Shown: positions 27,014 to 38,188, numbered from the stretch's first letter. The stretch: 64,000 nt of DNA from Nannocystis pusilla (GCF_049337375.1 NZ_JBMPIV010000001.1), one strand, 5' to 3'. Made by a program: numbers and translations. The notes: a model not told the origin generated them from the letters alone.

Positions 27014-28459
27014 TCAACCCGGCGGGCGGTCGCCGCCGGCGATGTCGGGCGCGCCGTCCATCAGCGGCCGCGGATCGCCGTCGACGTCGGTCCGCGGGTC
27101 GCCCTGCTTCCAGCGGGCGACCCCGGCGAGCGGGCCGCCGTCGCCGAACACGTGCAGGTCGCCGCCGTTCCAGTCCATGAAGAGCGGCGGGACATCTTGG
27201 GGCTGGATGACGCTGGTGTCGGTCTCGACGTTCTGCAGCTCCGAGGCGCTGACGACCGAGTCCGCGAGTTGGGCGGCACTGGCGGCACAGGAGAAGGTGT
27301 TGACGACGCCGTGGCTCAGCAGCGCCGAGTTGCGCGCGTCGAGCCCGGCGGTGCCGTCGAGGCAGGCGAACAGGCCCGACTCGTGCTGGGTGACGTCGCC
27401 GAGCGTGGTGTAGAGGAGGTGTGCGGTGCTGGCGTTGCCGATCTCGAGCGCCGCGCCCATGTTGAAGTGGGCGACGAGGCTGTTCTCCAGCCGCAACGTG
27501 GTGCCCTCGGCGATGTGGATGGCGTAGAGGTTCTGCGCGAGCTGGTTGCGGCGGACCACGGTGGTGCAGTCGGCGGCCGAGATGGCGCGACCGCCGTAGC
27601 CGACGATCCGGACGTCGTCGAGCCACAGCTGGGCGGAGGACCGGCAACGGACGGCGGCGGCGCCCTGACCGCCTTCGATGCGGATCTGGGAGACGTAGAG
27701 CTCGCTGTCGATGGCGAGGTCCTGCATCTCGTCGCCGAGGAGGACGGCGGGCTCGACGTCGACTGTGAAGGTGGTGAGCTCGCTGCCGAGGACGGCGATC
27801 TTGCGCCCGCCCTGCACGAGGTGGATGCCGGTCGAGTAGGTGCCGGGGAGCAGGTGGACGACGAGGTGGACGGCGTCCTGGTGCTGGCTCATCGCCTGGC
27901 TGATGGAGCAGCACGGCTGCTCCTTGGAGCAGGACTGGTCGGCGCAGACGAGCGTGGGGTCGATGAAGGCGTGGCTGGTGCTGTCCTTCGGGAAGCAGAC
28001 GCCGTCGTCGAGCTCGCAGGCGGTCTCCGGGCAGTCGTCGTGCTCGCGGCAGGCGCGGCAGACGTGGTCGACGGGGTCGCACACGCGGCCGTCGCAGGTG
28101 GTGCTGTCGATGCACTCGACGCACTGGCCCTCGTGACACTGCTGGCCGGGCCGGCACTCGGTGGCGCTGTCGCAGGGGCACACGTCGAGGTCGCAGGGCT
28201 GGCCGGTGGTGTCGGTGCCGGTCGAGGCGTCGCCGGTGAGGGTGACGGTGCTCTCCTCGCCGCTGGTGGGCCCGGTGGGCGCGAGGCTGGTGGTCGGGCC
28301 CTCGCCGCTGCTCGTACTCCCGGGCCCGACCGTGGCGGTGCTCGTGGTGGTCGGGCCGTCGCTGCCGCCGGTGCCGGTGGTGTCGCTGCCGGCCGGGTTG
28401 AAGCAGGCGGCGAGGAGGAGGGATGACGCGAGGGACAGGGGGGATGTCTTCACGGTCAT
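27014..28459 (-). CDS. lipoprotein with Cys-rich module and parallel beta-helix-like (pectate-lyase-fold-like) region
   Basis: SSLLLAAC lipobox; Ser/Thr/Gly linker; Cys-rich segment; repetitive beta-strand pattern; fold assignment is tentative. Confidence 0.55.
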   Translation of the reverse strand: MTVKTSPLSLASSLLLAACFNPAGSDTTGTGGSDGPTTTSTATVGPGSTSSGEGPTTSLAPTGPTSGEESTVTLTGDASTGTDTTGQPCDLDVCPCDSATECRPGQQCHEGQCVECIDSTTCDGRVCDPVDHVCRACREHDDCPETACELDDGVCFPKDSTSHAFIDPTLVCADQSCSKEQPCCSISQAMSQHQDAVHLVVHLLPGTYSTGIHLVQGGRKIAVLGSELTTFTVDVEPAVLLGDEMQDLAIDSELYVSQIRIEGGQGAAAVRCRSSAQLWLDDVRIVGYGGRAISAADCTTVVRRNQLAQNLYAIHIAEGTTLRLENSLVAHFNMGAALEIGNASTAHLLYTTLGDVTQHESGLFACLDGTAGLDARNSALLSHGVVNTFSCAASAAQLADSVVSASELQNVETDTSVIQPQDVPPLFMDWNGGDLHVFGDGGPLAGVARWKQGDPRTDVDGDPRPLMDGAPDIAGGDRPPG

Positions 28460-28657
28460 GCTCTTTCGGTCATGGTGGTTGGGTCATGAAACGAAGGACA
28501 GGTGAGCGGCGGCGCCGACCAGGCCCGGCGAGGCGGCGCCGCTCGGCTCACAGCGGCGCAGCGAGCTGACGAGCGGCAGGCTCGACCCGAGGAGGACGCG
28601 GGCGAGGGCGAGCGAGCGGGCATGACGGCGCCTGGTATTCAGGCAGCGGGCAGGGCT

Positions 28658-30370
<1,713 letters not shown>

Positions 30371-30415
30371 GCCTGGTCTCGCTTACCTACACCAGCCGTC
30401 GCCGTTCTGCACGCT

Positions 30416-30432
30416 AGAACGAAGTCCGTTCT
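30416..30432. promoter_or_regulatory. inverted repeat AGAACG-N5-CGTTCT ~45 nt upstream of the kinase start (candidate operator)
   Basis: Read directly in the kinase 5' region. Confidence 0.2.
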
Positions 30433-31178
30433 GGAGCGAGGCGGTGTGCGGGCGGCGGTGCGCCGGGCGGGCGGATCTGCGCTGAATCGGTGTCTTTTGC
30501 CATGTTGGCGGCGAAACGTCGATGGGCAGGGGTGTGCTCGCGGCGATCGATCGCCGGCAGTGCAGGTGTCCGGGATCCTCCCGGCTGCTGGCCGTGATGT
30601 GGGTCCCCGGCGCTGTTCGCTGCCCGCCGGCTGCGGTTCTCGGGCAGCGACCGCCGCGCCGGGAGGCGTCGACGAGCACGTGCGCCGACCTCGGGGCGCG
30701 GGGCCTCAGGCTCGTCGCACGAGGCTGGCGGACGCGACGCGAGATGACTGGGCGAAGGTCGACGAGCGCCGTGAAAGCCCCGGGCCGCGAGGGGGCGAGC
30801 CTTCGAACGCGAAGGCGTCGCCGTCACCGGGACGAGGGGCGGCGAGCGGCGCTGCAGCGAGGTGGCGGTCGGCGCCCTGGACCCCCGCAGCGGCTGCGAG
30901 AGGCCCGGCGGCGCGCCGGCGGCGCGGATCAGCGCGACGCTCGACGGGCGCAGGTGTTGTACACTCGCGCCGGTTTTTCCCCGGATGTCGCGCCGCCTCG
31001 CCCGCACCTGGTCGCTCGCCCTCGTCGAGGTCGACCGTGCCTGTGCGGGCCCGGACGGGCCGCCCCCCTCGGCCCAGCCTGCAGCCCGGCCCTCGCCCTC
31101 CGAGGCGCCCTGCTGACCGCGCCGGCGCGACGCACCGGTCCGATCCGCCCTGTCCTTTCGGACATCCCCCCCCACGAC

Positions 31179-32063
31179 ATGAAGCACGCCACGCGTCCCT
31201 CTCGGGTCCTGTCCCTCCTCACCGCGCTCGCGTTGCTGGCGCCCTCGCCGGCGCCGGCGGCCCCTGCCCAGGACACGAAGGCGCTGGCGGCGTTCGAGGC
31301 CGGGTTCAACGAGGGACAGGCCGAGTTCGACCGCGGCGAGAACCTCGCGGCGGCGCGCACGTGGATCGCGGCGGCGGCCAACCTCAAGGAGACGACGGCC
31401 CACCGGGACAACCGCACCGCGGTCTACGAGTACGTGGTCGACGCGTTCACGCGCGGGCTGCAGGGCGAGACGCGGCCGGAGGCGCTGCGCGAGGCGGCCC
31501 AGGCGCTCGACGCCTACTGCGAGGGCTTCACCCGCGCGTACGGGACCGAGACGCCGATCAGCCCGAAGATCGTGGCGGCGCGCGACGACTTCAAGCAGCG
31601 GCTGGCCGAGGCCGAAGCGGCGGCCGCGGCCGAGAAGCCGCAGGTGCCGGACGCGGTCGAGGGGCCCGAGGAGCTGCCGCCGCCGCCGCCCGACGCCGAG
31701 CCGGCGGCGAAGCCGTGGAAGGGGCTGGCGATCGGCGGCGGGGTGATGATCGGGCTCGGCGTGGGCGCGGCGGTGGTGGCCGGGGTCGGCGGGGCGCGCA
31801 TCGCTTCGCTCGAGAAGCAGGTCGACGACCCGGCCAACATGTGCGTGCTCAGCATGCCGTCGCCGTCGTGCCAGGACCTGCTCGACCGCGGCAAGGCGGC
31901 CGAGTCGATGACCATCGCCGGAGCGGTGCTGGCCCCGCTGCTGGCGGGCGCCGGCGTGGCCCTGCTGGTCGTGGGGCTCAAGCGCCGCTCGCAGGCCAAC
32001 ACGGCGTTCGCGCCGGCGCTGGCGCCGGGCTTCGTCGGGCTCAGCCTGCGCGGCTCGTTCTGA
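31179..32063 (+). CDS. hypothetical secreted/membrane protein
   Basis: ATG 31179; signal peptide MKHATRPSRVLSLLTALALLAPSPAPA; C-terminal TM segments; upstream 650 nt of the 513-aa ORF look non-coding. Confidence 0.5.
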   Translation: MKHATRPSRVLSLLTALALLAPSPAPAAPAQDTKALAAFEAGFNEGQAEFDRGENLAAARTWIAAAANLKETTAHRDNRTAVYEYVVDAFTRGLQGETRPEALREAAQALDAYCEGFTRAYGTETPISPKIVAARDDFKQRLAEAEAAAAAEKPQVPDAVEGPEELPPPPPDAEPAAKPWKGLAIGGGVMIGLGVGAAVVAGVGGARIASLEKQVDDPANMCVLSMPSPSCQDLLDRGKAAESMTIAGAVLAPLLAGAGVALLVVGLKRRSQANTAFAPALAPGFVGLSLRGSF

Positions 32064-32090
32064 GCGGGCGTCGGCGCGCCGTACAGGTGC

Positions 32091-32165
32091 GAGAGGACAT
32101 GTTTTTAAGGGCATGTCCGAGAGGGCATGTGCTCTCGGGCATGTTCGTATGGGCATGGCCGGAGA
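32091..32165. repeat. five-unit 14-bp-period GGRCATGY array upstream of czcC-like gene
   Basis: catg at offsets 8,22,36,50,64 read directly. Confidence 0.7.
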
Positions 32166-32491
32166 GGCAGGCGTTCGGACGGAGGGGGCGGGTCCGAGGG
32201 AGGGGGATCGTCCTGGGGGGCATGTGCTCGCGGAGCGCCGTGGGGCGGCGGACGTGCCCTCGGCGACAGGAGCTCATTTGCAAGGAGTAGGCTGCGAGCT
32301 TCAGGGCAGGGGGCCGGCGCAGGCGTGTCACGCAGGGCCGCGCAGTCGACCCGTCGATGACGGGCGGTGACGGGCTCGGGGCCGTTGATGTCCGAAAAGA
32401 CATGTCCCGACGGACTCCTCGCCGCTCGGCCGGCTGCAGGCGCGACCGGGCGCCCGCTTGCCGGGCCGGGCCGCCGGCATAACACCGTCGC

Positions 32492-33793
32492 GTGTCTCGC
32501 TCGCAGGCCCGTGCGCGCCGGCTCCGCGTCCGCGGGGCGGGGCTCGTGCTCATCTGGCTCTCGGGCCAGGCGAGCGCGGCGCCGCCGACGCCGGTGGAGG
32601 TGATGCGCGTGGAGGAGGCGGTCGACGAGGCGCTGGGGCACAACCTGGAGCTCCTGGCGCGGAGATACGAGGTGCCGCTGGCGCGGGCCGAGATCGTCTC
32701 GGCGCGGCTGCGCCTGAACCCCACGCTCAGCTTCGGCGCCGACCACCTCGACCTGCTCGGCACGCACTACGACGACGTCAACCACGCGGGCCCCGAGGAG
32801 TTCTTCGTCCGCACCGACTGGCTGTTCCGCAGCGGCCGCAAGCGCAAGCGCCGGATCGAGGTCGCCGAGACCGGCGTGGCGGTCGCCGAGCAGCGCCTCC
32901 GCGACGCGGTCCGCCTGCTGGTCCGCGACGTGCAGTCCGCCTGCGTCGACGTGCAGGCCGCGGCTGCGGCGGTCGAGCTCGCCGAGGTGAACCGCGACCT
33001 GTACGCCCGCGTGGTTGCGCTCAACGAGGTCCGCGTGGCCAACGGCGACCTCGCCAAGGTCGACCTGACGCGCGCGCAGATCGCCGAGCTGCAGGCGAGC
33101 AACGAGCTGCGGCAGGCGGAGGGGGCGCAGCGGGTCGCGAGCAACAACCTGGCGCTGCTGCTCGGCCGCACCGCGTCGCCGGCTGCGATCTCCGTCACGG
33201 GCGAGATGCGGGCCGACGCGACGCCGCGGGCGCTGGCGGAGATCCAGGCCCGGGCGCTGCGCGAGCGGCCCGATCTGCGGGCGGCGCACGGCGAGCAGCG
33301 CTTCACCCAGCTCGACGTGCGCCGCCAGATCGCCGAGGGCAAGATCGACCTGAGCGTCGGCGTCGAGGCGCGGCGCCAGCAAGGTCTGGCCGGCACCGGC
33401 AACTCGCTGGGGTTCTTCGTGGTGGTGCCGCTGCGGCTGTTCGACCGCAACCAGGGGCAGATCGAGCGCTCCCGCCAGCAGGCGGCGCAGGCCGACCAGC
33501 GGGCGCTGGCGGTGGAGCAGGCGATCCGCATCGAGGCGGCCAACGCCCACGTGGCCTATGAAGTGGCGCGCGAGCTGCTGGCGAGCTTCGAGGGCGGGAT
33601 GCTGGCGCGGGCCGAGCAGGTGCTGGCGACGGCGGAGTACGCGTACCGCCGCGGCGAGGCCAGCCTGATCGAGCTGATCGACGCCCAGCGAGCCCACAAC
33701 GACACGCGCCGGACCTACAACGAGGCGCGGGCGGCGTTCGCCCGGGCGCTGTACGAGATCGACGCGGTGACCGCGAGCGGAGGGTGGCAGTGA
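32492..33793 (+). CDS. TolC-family outer membrane efflux protein (CzcC-like)
   Basis: 433 aa, signal peptide, two-repeat coiled-coil/barrel OMF pattern; overlaps MFP gene start by 10 nt. Confidence 0.8.
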   Translation: MSRSQARARRLRVRGAGLVLIWLSGQASAAPPTPVEVMRVEEAVDEALGHNLELLARRYEVPLARAEIVSARLRLNPTLSFGADHLDLLGTHYDDVNHAGPEEFFVRTDWLFRSGRKRKRRIEVAETGVAVAEQRLRDAVRLLVRDVQSACVDVQAAAAAVELAEVNRDLYARVVALNEVRVANGDLAKVDLTRAQIAELQASNELRQAEGAQRVASNNLALLLGRTASPAAISVTGEMRADATPRALAEIQARALRERPDLRAAHGEQRFTQLDVRRQIAEGKIDLSVGVEARRQQGLAGTGNSLGFFVVVPLRLFDRNQGQIERSRQQAAQADQRALAVEQAIRIEAANAHVAYEVARELLASFEGGMLARAEQVLATAEYAYRRGEASLIELIDAQRAHNDTRRTYNEARAAFARALYEIDAVTASGGWQ

Positions 33794-34953
33794 GCGCGCG
33801 CGGGTGGTCGGTCGCGCTGTGGCTGATCGGCTCGCTCGGGCCGTGTCGACCGCGGGCGCCGCAGCGCGACGCCGCGTCGACGCCGGCGGCGGTGCCGGGC
33901 GGCTCGCCGCAGATCGAGCTGCCGGCCGACTCGCCGATGCTGTCGAGCCTGAAGATCGGCGAGGTCACCGCGCGCGAGCTGTCAACCGACGAGGTGGTGT
34001 CGCCGGCGCAGCTCGAGATCGATCCGGGCAGGTTGTCGCACGTGCTCCTGCCGGTGACCGGGCGCGTGCGCGAGGTCGACGTCCGCGTCGGCGACCGCGT
34101 GGCGGCCGGCGACGTGCTGCTGGTGCTCGACAGCCCCGAGGCCGACGCGGCGATCGCCCACTACGAGCAGTCCGAGGCCGACGTGCTGGCGGCCCGGGCC
34201 GGGCTGGTCAAGGCCAACGCCGACCGCGAGCGCGTCCACGGGCTTTTCGCCCACGACGCGGTGGCGCGCAAGGAGGTCGACAACGTCGACGCGGCCCACG
34301 CCGAGGCCCGGGCGGCATTGGTCCGCAGCGAGGCCGATCGCAGGCAGGCGCGCCGGCGCCTCGGGCTGCTCGGGCTGGTCGCGGGCGACCGGCGCGACAC
34401 GATCTCGGTGCGCGCGCCGATCGCCGGCAAGGTGCTCGAGCTGCACGTCGCGCCGGGCGAGTTCCACTCCGACACGGCCCAGCCGCTGATGACGATCGCC
34501 GACCTCAGCGCGGTGCTGGTGACGGCCGACGTGCCGGAGAACTTGATCCGCTTCGTCGGGCTCGGCGAGTCGATGCAGACCGAGCTGGCGGCCTACCCGG
34601 GCGAGACGTTCGCGGCCAGGGTGGTGCGGATCGCCGACACGGTCGAGCCGAAGACGCGGACGATCAAGGTCCAGGCGGCGCTGCCCAACCCCGACGGCCG
34701 CCTGCGCCCGGAGATGTTCGGTCGCGTGCGCCACTCGCGGGCGACCACGTCGATGCCGGCGGTGCCGCAGTCGGCGGTGCTGCACCGCGACGGCGGCGAC
34801 GTGGTGCTGGTCGAGCGCGGGCCGGGCCGCTTCGAGGTCCGGCCGGTGCGGATCGGGGCGCGCAGCGGCGAGTGGCTCGGGCTGGCGGAGGGGGCGAAGG
34901 TCGGCGAGCGGGTGGTGATCGACGGCGGGCTGTTGCTGCTGCCGTCGGAGTGA
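33784..34953 (+). CDS. efflux RND transporter periplasmic adaptor (membrane fusion protein, CzcB-like)
   Basis: 389 aa; biotinyl-lipoyl/beta-barrel MFP pattern (VRAPIAGKVLELHV...). Confidence 0.8.
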   Translation: MAVSARGWSVALWLIGSLGPCRPRAPQRDAASTPAAVPGGSPQIELPADSPMLSSLKIGEVTARELSTDEVVSPAQLEIDPGRLSHVLLPVTGRVREVDVRVGDRVAAGDVLLVLDSPEADAAIAHYEQSEADVLAARAGLVKANADRERVHGLFAHDAVARKEVDNVDAAHAEARAALVRSEADRRQARRRLGLLGLVAGDRRDTISVRAPIAGKVLELHVAPGEFHSDTAQPLMTIADLSAVLVTADVPENLIRFVGLGESMQTELAAYPGETFAARVVRIADTVEPKTRTIKVQAALPNPDGRLRPEMFGRVRHSRATTSMPAVPQSAVLHRDGGDVVLVERGPGRFEVRPVRIGARSGEWLGLAEGAKVGERVVIDGGLLLLPSE

Positions 34954-34959
34954 GGATCG

Positions 34960-37900
34960 ATGCTGACGCGGCTGCCGCTCCTCGCCCTGCGCTTCCGCCT
35001 CGCGGTGCTGCTGGCCGCGGCGGTGTGGATCGCGGCGGGGGCGTACTCCCTGGCGACGCTGAAGATCGAGGCCTATCCGGACGTGTCGGACACGCAGGTG
35101 GTGGTGATCACGATGCTGCCGGGCTACGCGGCGGAGGAGGTCGAGCAGCTGGTGACGGTGCCGATCGAGCGGGCGCTCGGCAGCGTGCCGCACGTGATCG
35201 GTCGCCGCTCGCGGACGATCTTCGGCCTGTCGGTGGTCGAGCTGACCTTCGACGACGCGATCGACGACCTGGTCGCGCGCCAGGTGGTGCTGGAGAAGCT
35301 GCGCGACGCCGATCTGCCGCCGGGAGTGGAGTCGTCGCTCGGGCCGATGTCGACGGCGATCGGCGAGATGTTCCGCTACCACCTGGTGAGCGCCACGCTG
35401 ACGACGATGCAGCTGCGCACGCTGCAGGACTGGGTAGTGGCGCCGCGGCTGCTGCAGGCGCCTGGGGTGGCCGACGTCGTCACGTTCGGCGGCGAGGTCC
35501 GGCAGTACCAGGTCGAGCTCGACCCGCTCGCGCTCGACAAGTTCCACCTGTCGATCGACGACATCGCGGCGGCGATCGAGGAGAACAACGAGAACGCCGG
35601 CGGCGGGGTGATCGACAACGGGCAGCAGTCGATCGCGGTGCGCAGCGTCGGCCAGCTGCAGTCGGCCGAGGACATCGCGTCGACGCTGGTCGGGGTCGAT
35701 GGCGGGGTGCCGATCTTCGTCCGCGACGTCGCCACGGTGCGGATCGGCCCGGCGCCGCCGACCGGGATCTTCGGCCTCGACGCGGCCCAGGGCGGGGTCG
35801 AGGGCGTGGTGCTGATGCGGCGGTGGGAGAACCCGAGCGAGGTGCTGCGGGGCATCCACGCCCGCGTCGACGCGCTGAACGCCGGCGAGGAGCTGGCCGG
35901 GGCCCGCATCGAGGGCTTCTACGACCGCAGCGAGCTGGTCGGTCGGACGCTGCGCACCGTCTCGCGCACGCTCGCCGAGGGGGTGACCATCGTCGTGTTC
36001 GTCCTGGTGCTGCTGCTCGCCAGCGTGCGCGCGGCGCTGCTGACGGCGCTGATGATCCCGTTGTCGCTGCTGTTCGCGTTCGTGTGCATGAAGCTGGCCG
36101 GGGTCCCGGCCAACCTGCTGAGCCTCGGGGCGATCGACTTCGGCATCATCGTCGACGGCACGCTGGTGATGGTCGAGGCGATCGTGCACCGGCTGCAGCA
36201 GCGGCCCGACCCGCGGGCCCCGGCCGAGCCGGACGAGTTCGCCGCGGCGGCCCGCGAGGTGACGCGCCCGATCGTGTTCTCGCTGGCGATCATCATCGCC
36301 GCGTACCTGCCGCTGTTCATGCTGCAGCGGGTCGAGCGGCGGCTGTTCACGCCGATGGCGTTCACCGTCAGTACGGCGCTGCTGGGCGCGTTGCTGCTGA
36401 GCTTGACGCTGACGCCGGTGCTGGCCAGCTACGTGTTCCGCCGCGGGGTGAAGAGCCGCCCGAGCCGGGTGATGTCGGCGATCGCGGCCGGCTACGCGGG
36501 GCTCGTCCGGCGCCTCGTGGGGCGGGCCAGAGTGGTGGTGGCAGTGGCGGCGGTGGTGACAGTGGCGGCGTTGGTGCTGGTCGGCGGCCGCGTCGGCACC
36601 GAGTTCCTGCCGCAGCTCGACGAGGGATCGATCTGGATCCGCTGCAACCTGCCGCGCGGGCTGTCGCTGTTCAAGTCGGCCGAGATCGCGTCGACGATCC
36701 GGGGCCTGGTGCTGCAGTCGCCCGAGGTCCGGCAAGTCGCCTCGCAGACCGGCCGCAACGACTCGGGCACCGACCCGTACGGGCCCAACCGCAACGAATT
36801 TCTGGTCGACCTGCAGCCGTACGACACGTGGCCGAAGGGACAGGTCAAGGCCGACCTGGTCGAGGCGCTGGCGCGGCGGCTGCGAGCGGCGATCCCCGGC
36901 GCCACGTTCAGCTTCACCCAGCCGATCCTCGACAACGCGACCGAGGCGGCGACGGGGTCGTCAGCCGACCTGGCGATCATCCTCCGCGGCCCCGACCTCG
37001 GCGAGCTGCGGCGGCTGGCGGTGCAGAGCCGCGCGATCGTGGCCGGGATCGCGGGCGCGGCCGACACGGCGATCGAGCAGGAGGCGGCGCAGGAGCAGCT
37101 GCGGCTGCGCCTGCGCCGGGCCGACATGGCGCGCTACGGGGTCGACGTGGCGGACGTGCAGCAGCTGGTGAGCCTGGCGATCGGCGGGCGGCCGATCGCC
37201 ACGGTGTACGAGGGCTCGCGGCGGTTCGCGGCGGCGTTGCGGTACATCCCGGAGGCGCGCGCCAGCGGGGAGGCGATCGGGCGCCTGATGGTGATGCCGC
37301 ACCGCGGCGGCCGGGTGCCGCTGGCCGAGGTCGCCGACATCGAGGTGGCCGAGGGCGCGACGATCATCGCGCGGCGCGAGAACCAGCGCCAGGTCACCGT
37401 GCGCACCAACATCCGCGGGCGCGATCAGGGCAGCTTCGTCGCCGAGGCGCAGCGGCGGCTGCAGGCGGCGCTGCAGCTGCCGCCCGGCTACCGGCTCGAG
37501 TGGGGCGGGCAGTTCGAGAACCTGGCGCGGGCGCGGCGACGCCTGGTGGTGATCTTGCCGCTGACGCTGGGCATCATCCTGGCGCTGCTGTGCTTCGCCT
37601 TCCGCTCGCTGCGCTGGGCGCTGCTGGTGCTGGCGTGCGTGCCGTTCTCGCTGCTCGGCGGGGTGCTCGCGCTGTGGCTGCGCGGGATCCACCTCAGCGT
37701 GTCGGCGGCGGTCGGGATGGTGTCGCTGTTCGGCGTGGCGGTGATGAGCGGGGTGCTGCTGGTCGAGTCGATCCGCGCGGTCGCGGCCGGCGGCGACGCG
37801 GTCGAGGACACGGTGCAGGGGGCCGCCCGGGCGGTGCGCCCGCTGCTGCTCATGATCCTGGTCGCGCTGCTCGGGATGGTCCCGGCGGCGCGGGCGACCG

Positions 37901-38055
37901 GGATCGGCTCCGACGTGCAGCGGCCGCTGGCGACGGTGGTGGTCGGCGGGCTGGTGTCGACGCTGTTCCTGACGCTGCTGGTGCTGCCGTGCGCGGCGTC
38001 GCTGGTGCGGCCGCGGCGGCGAGAGGGCGCGAAGGACATGTCTTCAGGGACATGA
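34960..38055 (+). CDS. czcA: heavy-metal-efflux RND permease (CzcA/CusA family)
   Basis: 1031 aa, 12 TM, DFGIIVDGTLVMVEAIVH and AIGEMFRY motifs typical of HME-RND; last 9 codons (GAKDMSSGT) encoded by the palindromic repeat. Confidence 0.9.
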   Translation: MLTRLPLLALRFRLAVLLAAAVWIAAGAYSLATLKIEAYPDVSDTQVVVITMLPGYAAEEVEQLVTVPIERALGSVPHVIGRRSRTIFGLSVVELTFDDAIDDLVARQVVLEKLRDADLPPGVESSLGPMSTAIGEMFRYHLVSATLTTMQLRTLQDWVVAPRLLQAPGVADVVTFGGEVRQYQVELDPLALDKFHLSIDDIAAAIEENNENAGGGVIDNGQQSIAVRSVGQLQSAEDIASTLVGVDGGVPIFVRDVATVRIGPAPPTGIFGLDAAQGGVEGVVLMRRWENPSEVLRGIHARVDALNAGEELAGARIEGFYDRSELVGRTLRTVSRTLAEGVTIVVFVLVLLLASVRAALLTALMIPLSLLFAFVCMKLAGVPANLLSLGAIDFGIIVDGTLVMVEAIVHRLQQRPDPRAPAEPDEFAAAAREVTRPIVFSLAIIIAAYLPLFMLQRVERRLFTPMAFTVSTALLGALLLSLTLTPVLASYVFRRGVKSRPSRVMSAIAAGYAGLVRRLVGRARVVVAVAAVVTVAALVLVGGRVGTEFLPQLDEGSIWIRCNLPRGLSLFKSAEIASTIRGLVLQSPEVRQVASQTGRNDSGTDPYGPNRNEFLVDLQPYDTWPKGQVKADLVEALARRLRAAIPGATFSFTQPILDNATEAATGSSADLAIILRGPDLGELRRLAVQSRAIVAGIAGAADTAIEQEAAQEQLRLRLRRADMARYGVDVADVQQLVSLAIGGRPIATVYEGSRRFAAALRYIPEARASGEAIGRLMVMPHRGGRVPLAEVADIEVAEGATIIARRENQRQVTVRTNIRGRDQGSFVAEAQRRLQAALQLPPGYRLEWGGQFENLARARRRLVVILPLTLGIILALLCFAFRSLRWALLVLACVPFSLLGGVLALWLRGIHLSVSAAVGMVSLFGVAVMSGVLLVESIRAVAAGGDAVEDTVQGAARAVRPLLLMILVALLGMVPAARATGIGSDVQRPLATVVVGGLVSTLFLTLLVLPCAASLVRPRRREGAKDMSSGT

Positions 38056-38090
38056 GCGCGGCGGCGGGCTGCAGCGGCGCGGGTGTCCCT

Positions 38091-38172
38091 GGCGACATGT
38101 CCGATGCGGCATGCGCCTCGGGGCATGTCCAGGAGGGCATGCGCTTACGGGCATGTCCCGGGCGACATGCCG
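38091..38172. repeat. six-unit array of GNGGCATGYCC with exact 14-bp period immediately 3' of czcA (plus two more units at 38031-38057 overlapping czcA stop)
   Basis: catg at offsets 6,20,34,48,62,76 of ggcgacatgtccgatgcggcatgcgcctcggggcatgtccaggagggcatgcgcttacgggcatgtcccgggcgacatgcc. Confidence 0.8.
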
Positions 38173-38188
38173 GCAGCGGCCGCGCCGC

